This document shows positions 1 through 8,241 of a stretch of DNA of 64,000 nt, piece after piece. Below the pieces are notes generated by a model, which saw only the letters and a list, made by a program, of their open reading frames with translations, had not been told where the DNA came from and did no database searches. Location: the NCBI GenBank assembly GCA_946965045.2, contig OX337234.1:1488001-1552000 (forward strand), written 5' to 3'. Positions within the stretch are counted from its first letter, which is position 1. Each line of letters opens with the position of its first letter. The stretch comes from Epithemia pelagica. Lineage: Eukaryota; Protista; Bacillariophyta. The position numbers and the translations under genes were made by a program.

Positions 1-539
1 AAATTGACTGAACGTTGTGAACTTAGGCTTGTGCCTATTGTAGAGAATCTTGAGAACTTGTTATAGAGACGAAAGCGAAATGGAATAACTTATCAGTCCG
101 CAACCCAAAAGCATAGTGTATGTGCATGTTGCCTACGCCTACTACTACTCAAATTAAGTCTATTGGGAGTACGAGTCAGGGGTGAGAATCTGGTCGCGCA
201 AAATAAAGGATTGGATAATCGATGGGCTGCAGAACCAGGCGATCACGATGGAACGATCAACGGCCACGGGCGGTGAATTGAATCTTCCACGCTCGAGGAT
301 GAAAGTACGCGCATGGCATCGCAACGGTGGCAAGAAATGCAACCCGCCACGAAGGCGCGGTGGCCATTTCTGAAGGCGAGATGCATCCGTCGGATTCGGG
401 TGCGATTCAAGCCGAATCCCTGGTGGTTGACAAGCCTTTGGGTTTCAAAGCGTCTCAGTAACGCTTTGTAGCCTTCATGGCTGCCAAAAATCTCTTTAGA
501 GCCAGCAACGGTGAGCCTTTCTATCTAACACATACTCGA

Positions 540-1897
540 TCAGGATTGACCATGATCATCATCGGAATCAACATCCAGATCTTCCGCCGGACAATCAGGC
601 ATCAATTTTGTTCCACAGTGAGAAGAGAAATGGATGGCGCCCTTCACCGCAAGGAGGAAGGGATCCGGTAGACACGATGTGCTTAAATCAAAATTTCCCT
701 TTGCCACCTTGACGGTTCCCCAGTGCAACTCGCTTTTCAAGGTTGGCAATTCAATCCTTGGTTGCAAAGACCCCCGTAATTCCTGAACTAAAAGCTTCCA
801 GCGAGCGAGAGAAACATCCGTGCTGTTTCCCGCCGTGATGTTGACTTCTTCCAGTATGTCAACGTCTTCACAATCGATTAGCGATTCAGCAATATCCATC
901 GCGAAAGCTCTCAATACTTGTATTGCGATTTCAATATCTGCCTGGCTGCAGTATTCCCTCACATACTGCAACACATTGCGACATGCATGTCTAGCTCGCA
1001 AGCCGCAAGGAAGAACCAGCGCAGAGTACGGAGTTCCATTCCACGCCTTTATGTCCGGCAACGAGAGGATTGGCAAGACAATAAGAGCTGGAGGAGTGAA
1101 ATCGAGCAACTGCTTTTGGAGGAAGAGGTGAAATTTGTTGTATTTGCCGTGCTTTATGCCGGAATCGTTCATTCGTTGTCTGCGGCCCTTAAATTCCGTT
1201 GAGAAGCTTGCGACGTTTCTGATAGTTATCAACGAAAAAGCCACTTGCGGCCTGTGTAATCTTCAAGTAGGCAACATGGGAAAGCGGGTCATTTGAGAAA
1301 AGATGGGCGCGTTCTCCTTCCAAATTAAACAGAAAGTCGACACTGGTGAACTTTTGCAGTGTGTTTGTTGCGTCCGATTGAACGCTAGAAGCTTCCGCGC
1401 ACGCTTCCAAGTAGTCAGCATTTGCAGTGTTTGGATAAAGCAAGGCACCTTCTTCCTCACTTCTTTTCACACGGGAGATATTTGAACCTCCCGGAGAGAG
1501 GTTTTCAAAGGCGGTATCGCACAAAGCACCCAACGCCCAAAAGTGCAACCCCTTTTGTCGTGCTGTTCGTTCCTTCGGATCCAGGGAGTCAAGAAATTCG
1601 TCGTTTTCGGCCTCAATTTCATCTCGATAACTTTGAAGGTTCATTTTGTAAATTGTAGACTAGGCATTGCTCTCATCATATGCGTAAGGCAAGAAGGGGA
1701 GAGTTTACCCTGCACCAACAATTCAACGCATCGGCCATCGGCATCATCCACAACAACATGAACATACTCGTAGGACAAGGACACCTCAGTCTCGTACATA
1801 ACAAAGTTTTGGGGACAGGTCTTTGAAAACGAGATGATTTGGAAGCACTGTTCACAGGACAGGCACGATTATAAGGGCCATATAAAGGTGTTGGCTG
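540..1897 (-). pseudogene. Fragmented ORF of unknown function, truncated at its 5' side by the YR retrotransposon
   Basis: An open frame runs from the element edge (QPTPLYGPYNRACP...YDESNA) through an in-frame TAG into ORF 1189..1644. A 1-nt shift (GGA ATT TAA GGG vs AAG GGC) then joins ORF 540..1244. The C-terminal PDPFLLAVKGAIHFS...KLMPDC resembles, from memory, the tail of diatom HNH/Crinkler-like proteins; this is unverified. Confidence 0.4.
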
Positions 1898-2296
1898 GGT
1901 TCTTGTTCCTCTCTTATCAGCTCTTTGTCACATAACATCTACTATCTTATAGTTACATATACCGGTGCTCTGGGGGGGCGAGCCCCCCACCCATCCTTTC
2001 CCAAGGAGGGCGGGTATTGTGTTTCACTCCAGAATGTGGCGGGACTCGGATCCCGTCACGAGTTCTGTCCATTGCGTGCGAGTGTGCATCCAACCACACA
2101 GCCATCCCAAACACAGACCCCATTAAGGAGCCAAGATACCCTGAAATATCATCACAAGTATCTTGCCAACATACTCCGGCTGCCAAGCCATTGTATATCG
2201 TCTGCAGGATAAGCCGTTGTAGCGTCTGCAGGCAAGCTGGCAATAGCAAGCGAGCTGGACTTTACTCTTTGCAGAGTATCGTCGAGCCAATTCCCC
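1898..2296. repeat. Split direct repeat B2 (399 bp) of YR element 1
   Basis: Direct copy of 2566-2964 (offset 668). Overlapping ORF translations in the two copies are identical. Confidence 0.95.
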
Positions 2297-2311
2297 GGGT
2301 GGGCGGGTGGG

Positions 2312-2566
2312 CGAAAAGAGAACTGCCAACAGGATCAATGGGTGATCAGATCCTTGACACTGCCGCTGTTAGCTCTTTCCATTAACTTATGATCATACTT
2401 CCTCATTCACATGTTGGTTGGGATGCCATACTCTGTGCTGACGTGTACTTTACACGACAGTCCCAACCAACCAATGACTCATTCCTTGAACTCGTATCTG
2501 TGATGACGTCAACTTCTCTTCTGCGTTCGTCCGTCGGTCCCTTCTTGACCTGATGGGTACGGTGCG
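2312..2566. repeat. Split direct repeat A2 (255 bp) of YR element 1
   Basis: Direct copy of 10690-10944 (cgaaaagagaactgcc...gggtacggtgcg). Confidence 0.95.
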
Positions 2567-2964
2567 GTTCTTGTTCCTCTCTTATCAGCTCTTTGTCACA
2601 TAACATCTACTATCTTATAGTTACATATACCGGTGCTCTGGGGGGGCGAGCCCCCCACCCATCCTTTCCCAAGGAGGGCGGGTATTGTGTTTCACTCCAG
2701 AATGTGGCGGGACTCGGATCCCGTCACGAGTTCTGTCCATTGCGTGCGAGTGTGCATCCAACCACACAGCCATCCCAAACACAGACCCCATTAAGGAGCC
2801 AAGATACCCTGAAATATCATCACAAGTATCTTGCCAACATACTCCGGCTGCCAAGCCATTGTATATCGTCTGCAGGATAAGCCGTTGTAGCGTCTGCAGG
2901 CAAGCTGGCAATAGCAAGCGAGCTGGACTTTACTCTTTGCAGAGTATCGTCGAGCCAATTCCCC
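2566..2964. repeat. Split direct repeat B1 of YR element 1
   Basis: ggttcttgttcc...ccaattcccc, duplicated at 1898-2296. Confidence 0.95.
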
Positions 2965-3047
2965 ATCTCGGTATAGTATCTCTTGCGTTCCATTCCTTGC
3001 ATCGCCGCTTGTGTTGCCTTCTCATATTCCTTGTCTTTTAGTGATTC

Positions 3048-4565
3048 TTACAATCCTTCAGAGAATTGGATCAACGCCTCGACCGAAGCCTTCGCGTCTG
3101 TGTATCTTTCCATCATCGACATTCCTGGTAGGACTCCTCGACTGCGGAGATGTTTTCGCCAGCGGTTGTTCATTTCAATAACCTCGGGACCCAGCTTTCG
3201 ATTCTGCGCCGTTGTGGTAGCTCCTCGACGAAAGGAACGTCTTGCACTGAATTCTTCTTCTACCTTTACTGTTTCTGGTAGAATGTCCGGACGTTGATGT
3301 TTGATTCGTTTCCAGAGACCATGAAACAGATGGTCGAGGTCTCCGATCAACGCTCGTTGAATTTTTCCTGTTTTTGACACCCGTCTGAACAATGGTCCTT
3401 GAGTGACCTTTCGAACATGCAGTTCCCTTATTGCTCTCTCAATCCACTTCCTGATTTCAATGCCCGAGCTTGACTTTTCTGCCAATGGTTGAATATATAA
3501 GCGAAACGTTCCGTCGGTTTGTTTAAACCGACCTGCCAGTGCTAAAGGAACGTGGGACACAGAACTGCAATTCACACCTTCCTCCCAATGCTTTCGCAAC
3601 AATCCAACGTCTACCTGTGGAATTTCCTCCCCTCGCAGGGCAGCGCAAAATCCGATGACGACGAGTGCCCCAGTCAATGCGATCTCCATCTTTCTCTGTC
3701 CTTGTGGAAAATTGTCCCATTCCTTTTCGAGAATACTCAATCCACATAATACTTCCTCCAAGGTCACCGCTCTATCCGGGATCCAAACGTCTCCCATTCG
3801 ACGATGGCAGCCCGCCATGAATCTCTTGAACCAGAAACTGTTCGTCGGGCTGGACGTAAACATGAGAGCCGTCCTATCACCTGTGCCCATTGTCGACATA
3901 CCAGTGCCTCCCGGTAGCGTGTGAATAAAGTTCGAGACAACTGACCGAACCTTCCTTGCCGTCTCGAATTGAATGTGCTTTGAATTTCGACCATCTTGGA
4001 GACTCTTCATCAGGAGTATACAAGCGATCGACATCCCGACAGAGTCGCCAATCTCAAAAGGCCCTCGCCGCGGCAGTGGCTCGCTTAACCCGATCAAGTT
4101 TGCGGTTTTCTGCAAATTTCTCATTTCTCGCCAATTTTTCTCGACCGTTGATCGCTCTCTTGCCCAAAAGGCGTCCAGGATCGCTCGTCGCACACAGACC
4201 GACAACAATTTATCTTCCTTCGATCCTTCTCGCTGAAACCTACCCTTCATGTTGTAAAACATGCAATCGTCGCACTGGAAAGGACACATTAAATGGTCAC
4301 CTTCCCTGGCTTCTTGGAACCTCAATGCATCGTCTTCAAATTCATCAAGCCCATTTGGATCTATCAACGCGTCGTCCAGATCGCCCGCTTCAAGTACTGG
4401 GAATCGGTCATCTGCATCTTGAACGTAACAAGATGCATGCCAGGCTCCTGTGCATCTCCGACTAGTACCCCGTGTACATCCAAAATTGGCGCAGACAATG
4501 CCCGTCAATGGGGGAATCGGATGACCACACTTTTGACAGACCGTCGTGGACCGCATCCAGTACAT
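3048..4565 (-). CDS. Tyrosine recombinase of YR element 1, with N-terminal Cys/His-rich region
   Basis: Motifs GFCAALRGEE (catalytic R), ARRSFRRGATT (second R), NNRWR (W) and MERYT (Y nucleophile). First ATG is at 4565; the ORF-track start at 4616 is TTG. Overlaps the 3' end of pol in another frame. Confidence 0.9.
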   Translation of the reverse strand: MYWMRSTTVCQKCGHPIPPLTGIVCANFGCTRGTSRRCTGAWHASCYVQDADDRFPVLEAGDLDDALIDPNGLDEFEDDALRFQEAREGDHLMCPFQCDDCMFYNMKGRFQREGSKEDKLLSVCVRRAILDAFWARERSTVEKNWREMRNLQKTANLIGLSEPLPRRGPFEIGDSVGMSIACILLMKSLQDGRNSKHIQFETARKVRSVVSNFIHTLPGGTGMSTMGTGDRTALMFTSSPTNSFWFKRFMAGCHRRMGDVWIPDRAVTLEEVLCGLSILEKEWDNFPQGQRKMEIALTGALVVIGFCAALRGEEIPQVDVGLLRKHWEEGVNCSSVSHVPLALAGRFKQTDGTFRLYIQPLAEKSSSGIEIRKWIERAIRELHVRKVTQGPLFRRVSKTGKIQRALIGDLDHLFHGLWKRIKHQRPDILPETVKVEEEFSARRSFRRGATTTAQNRKLGPEVIEMNNRWRKHLRSRGVLPGMSMMERYTDAKASVEALIQFSEGL

Positions 4566-7500
4566 GTCTCGCTCGTGAGACTTGCCATGGCCTGTGAAAA
4601 AGATGAGCGTGAACAAATGCGACTATGAGAGGTTCATGTTGGTCTTTCGACCACAAACAACAATCAACCGGAATCGTAAAGACGATGTCCGCAATTTTTC
4701 CGAGCTTCTTCCGCCAACGATTTGACATAAGAGCAGGACAAACGAAGATATGGGAGTTATCGGGGTGGATATGATGCGAATCGCACATCAAATCCAACGC
4801 AACGTCTGCTATTGCGGGGGGCGGGTTCCACACAAAACATCCTCGTTCGAATGCCTCGTCGAACCACTGTTGGGGCGTTAGCTTCTTCCATTGTAATCCG
4901 CCTGTATATTGAAGCAGCCAGTCGATCGCGCCTGGGAATCGCTCTTCAGAGCTCTTGTGCAGTGGGACGTAGAATAACATGGAATCGCCCGCCATTACCC
5001 CCGTCAGCAGATCGCCTCTTGATAGACCGTCCGTGCCTTGGTCTATCATTCTGGTCCCGGCAACCCAAACTACTCTCAAGAAGACATTCCCGTTCATTTC
5101 GAGCTTGCGTGCTCGAAGGACAAGCTCAAACAGCAATCTCGAAGAAGACGTTCCCCGATAAAACGCAGACTCCGACGTAGAGTTGTCTGTAAACAAGAAA
5201 ACCTCGGTGCCCACCTTCAATCGGCCGCTTGTCACCAAGGCCTCCAATCTGAGAATTAAATTGTACAATTCTCTAAAGTTTGATGAACGGGCTCCGTACT
5301 CGCGGGTCCAGAGGCCATGTTCCGTGTCAACCTCATCACTCCCGTACAACCACAATGACGTTCCAAAGCCTTCACCGGATGCATCACCAAAAATAATCAC
5401 AACTTGTGAACCCTTTCTTGGGCGTGCTAAGAGTCGCGGTGGCGTGTCTCCGGCTGTCAAGTTCGCTAGAGCTTCTACGTCGTCGTTGAACCTCTTAGCT
5501 TTCTTTACCTTGGAGGGAGCAGGTCCAAACGCAATGGCTTTGTTTGATTCCTCTGCCAGCACCGCTTCTCGTTCCTTTGGTGGCAGTCTCCATCCATCCT
5601 CATTTCGGTCCGGTCTCCAAGACTCGAGAGTCAAATGGATCCCTTTTAAGTAAGGGACCATGCTCTGGAATGTCAGAGAAACATAAACCAGAAATCCTCG
5701 AATGCGCTCTAATTCCTTTCGATCAATCTCCTCCTCTTTCGCTGCCCATTCGACTAGCCTCTGGACATGTCCCTTGGTCTTTTTCCATCTTTCTGCCGAG
5801 ACAGTTTTGTACACGGCATCACCTGTTGTTTCTACAACGGCCCCTGCCCATGCTCCTGGGGTTTGACTTGGAGGTCGCCGCTTTCGTGCCGCATCTTGAA
5901 GTCCGAAAAAGGCAGCTCCTTTCGCCATCGCACTCGAGGCTAGCCATGCCTCCTCCCGACTGGGAGCGGTCCCCCGAAGATCATCGACGTAGGTGTGGAT
6001 GTCTACTGCTATTTGTCCGTCTTCTCGAACCTTGCAAATCCACGGTTTGGAAGAGTCATATTCACGACTCCCGGGCAAATTGATTTCCACCCTTGCCCAT
6101 CTAAAAATGTTTTTCTTGTCAAAACGACATCCAAAGATAACTCGTTTGACTCGTTGGGAGCACTGTGTCGTCTGATATGGGGACACTGTTATCCCCATTG
6201 CACAACGAACCCAAGCCTCCCACTTTCTTTTCTGGCCTGCTTTATTGTCTATCTCCTCTGCAAACATGGCCGTCAAATCCACTCCTGTATATTTCCGAAT
6301 TTCTGGATGAATCCAGAAATTCAGGAACATTTCTCCAAAGTCGTTATCGGCCGACCACGTGGACACATCAACTGATCGAAGCATGGAGTCAACGGTAGCC
6401 AAGCTGAACCATGGCGCATGCAAGACCGCGTTGAGGCCACTCTTTGTGCCATCATACACCATTCGTATGTCGGTAGGGCCCTTTGGAACGGAGAAAAAGC
6501 TGGTGAGTGATAGAATTCCAGCATGTGGAGCGATGTACCCTCTGCTCCTAACTTTGCTGATCTTCTTCTTTTCTAATCCTCTGCTTGTCTCATCCGGATT
6601 GTTCCTCTGTGGTATTCTGTATCTTGGTGGACGACCAATCCACATGGGTTTAACGCCGTCCCGCATTTCAACATGCCAGACTCGATCAGGCATCCTCCAG
6701 AAAAAAGGTGAGGAGCCTGCGTCCCAATCCCACCAAGACGACAAAGAGACATGCTGCATCGCGCTTAACCCCGCATCGAGTGACGCTTTCTGCTCTTGAC
6801 CGTCCAATTGTTTCTTGTGGAGTCTCCACCAGGTCCAAAAATCGTTGGCCACCTTTCTTTTCCAATATATCAACGCCCCCTTACGAATTGATGCTAACGC
6901 CTTGATCTTTCGTTGAGTGTCCGTGAACGACTGAACTCCGAACTTTGCCAAAATTCTGTCATTCCAAAGGTGGTAGGGGATTTCCGCGTCGTCTGCTTTC
7001 GTGGCTTTCAAATTTCGATCCTCGTCCTTGATTTCATCAGATAATTCGACAATCAACGAAGGGTCCATGTCGTCTAGAGTGGATGGCTCATCCCACTCCT
7101 TCATTCCAGGCTTTTCCTTGTTGCTTGACGATGTCTTTTTCAAATTGGGGCGATTTCGATCTCCCGTTGAGTCTCGAGGTTGAGTTAGGAAGCGACGGAT
7201 CAAGTGGACAACTTGGACTCTTGATTTGAACGGTGGGCCCACCTGTTCCACCCATCGCTCCAGGTCATCCTCTGGTGCATGCTTGCTTAGAATCGAAGGG
7301 AAGTCGAGCGCGAGGGAAAGCTCTCGAACTCCTAACCTCCTACACACCAATCCTGTTGGAGAGAACACGCTTGGGAGAACGTGCAGGGCGGACTTGTCCC
7401 TTTTCCAATCCAACTTACGATTCATGAGAGAGGTCTTGTTGTCTTCCGATGCTTTAACGCGTCCGTGAAGGGTATGATCTATTATACCCCGAACGCTGGT

Positions 7501-8241
7501 GAACTTCAAGCCGGTGTCTACAGCTCCATCCCACCAATTCTCGAAAGCTGCATTCGTCACACCTGTTGATGTGGTTTTTGTGGTTATGTACAACCAATCC
7601 ACTCGGGTGGTGACGCCTCCCAAAATCCCATGGTCCATTCTCATTCGTGTGGTGGACCACTCTTCACTTGCTGGGGGGCCAGCAGAAGGGCGGCTCTTCC
7701 ACCAAACAACAACTTGCAATTCTTTCGTGGACCAAACTGTGTGACTCGGACCTGGAGCCATACCATCGAAAAACACAATGTTCGTCGATGGATAACAATT
7801 TAAGCCACCTTCCTCCTTTGATGAACTCTCGCCACACTTCGACGACACTTCATCGCTCTTCCTCTTTTTACTTCCCCAACTTTTCGCTCTTGGTTTCGCC
7901 AACCGAAGAGACATCCATTCTCGATGCATGGTATCCTCGCCCTTCAGCGCCACTCCCGTGCTATCTATCCAGATCACAGGGCCCAAAAGAGATGTTGTCC
8001 AATACCAAAAGGGGATATCTCTACACACCAATCCGACTGTATAGCCACTTGTTCCTATAGGCAGGCGTGCTTGTTTACTTTCCAGAACGCCATTTTCTGG
8101 AGGAAGCGAGTCTGGACAACATCTCTTCGCTAGCTTAACATCGCTAACCGTAAGCCAAGTCGTCTCGACTAAACTTTGTGCTTGGTCTTCATCTTCATAT
8201 AGTTTGCGTTTGGTTCCTTTGTTGGGACTCCCTGTATTCTG
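4462..8241 (-). CDS. pol of YR element 1: methyltransferase-like N-terminal region, reverse transcriptase, RNase H, C-terminal MT-like region
   Basis: RT motifs SFFSVPKG, RMVYDGT, DFGEMFLNF and YVDDLR. RNase H motifs FGDASG, SNFREL, FTDN and GTDGLSRG. The frame is open from directly after the gag stop (8241) to 4462. Confidence 0.92.
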   Translation of the reverse strand, partial: QNTGSPNKGTKRKLYEDEDQAQSLVETTWLTVSDVKLAKRCCPDSLPPENGVLESKQARLPIGTSGYTVGLVCRDIPFWYWTTSLLGPVIWIDSTGVALKGEDTMHREWMSLRLAKPRAKSWGSKKRKSDEVSSKCGESSSKEEGGLNCYPSTNIVFFDGMAPGPSHTVWSTKELQVVVWWKSRPSAGPPASEEWSTTRMRMDHGILGGVTTRVDWLYITTKTTSTGVTNAAFENWWDGAVDTGLKFTSVRGIIDHTLHGRVKASEDNKTSLMNRKLDWKRDKSALHVLPSVFSPTGLVCRRLGVRELSLALDFPSILSKHAPEDDLERWVEQVGPPFKSRVQVVHLIRRFLTQPRDSTGDRNRPNLKKTSSSNKEKPGMKEWDEPSTLDDMDPSLIVELSDEIKDEDRNLKATKADDAEIPYHLWNDRILAKFGVQSFTDTQRKIKALASIRKGALIYWKRKVANDFWTWWRLHKKQLDGQEQKASLDAGLSAMQHVSLSSWWDWDAGSSPFFWRMPDRVWHVEMRDGVKPMWIGRPPRYRIPQRNNPDETSRGLEKKKISKVRSRGYIAPHAGILSLTSFFSVPKGPTDIRMVYDGTKSGLNAVLHAPWFSLATVDSMLRSVDVSTWSADNDFGEMFLNFWIHPEIRKYTGVDLTAMFAEEIDNKAGQKRKWEAWVRCAMGITVSPYQTTQCSQRVKRVIFGCRFDKKNIFRWARVEINLPGSREYDSSKPWICKVREDGQIAVDIHTYVDDLRGTAPSREEAWLASSAMAKGAAFFGLQDAARKRRPPSQTPGAWAGAVVETTGDAVYKTVSAERWKKTKGHVQRLVEWAAKEEEIDRKELERIRGFLVYVSLTFQSMVPYLKGIHLTLESWRPDRNEDGWRLPPKEREAVLAEESNKAIAFGPAPSKVKKAKRFNDDVEALANLTAGDTPPRLLARPRKGSQVVIIFGDASGEGFGTSLWLYGSDEVDTEHGLWTREYGARSSNFRELYNLILRLEALVTSGRLKVGTEVFLFTDNSTSESAFYRGTSSSRLLFELVLRARKLEMNGNVFLRVVWVAGTRMIDQGTDGLSRGDLLTGVMAGDSMLFYVPLHKSSEERFPGAIDWLLQYTGGLQWKKLTPQQWFDEAFERGCFVWNPPPAIADVALDLMCDSHHIHPDNSHIFVCPALMSNRWRKKLGKIADIVFTIPVDCCLWSKDQHEPLIVAFVHAHLFHRPWQVSRARHVLDAVHDGLSKVWSSDSPIDGHCLRQFWMYTGY

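Noticed and set aside
1925-2917. Duplicated ORF pairs (1925..2212/2593..2880, 1953..2249/2621..2917)
   Set aside because: They are incidental frames inside the identical B repeats, not a duplicated gene pair.
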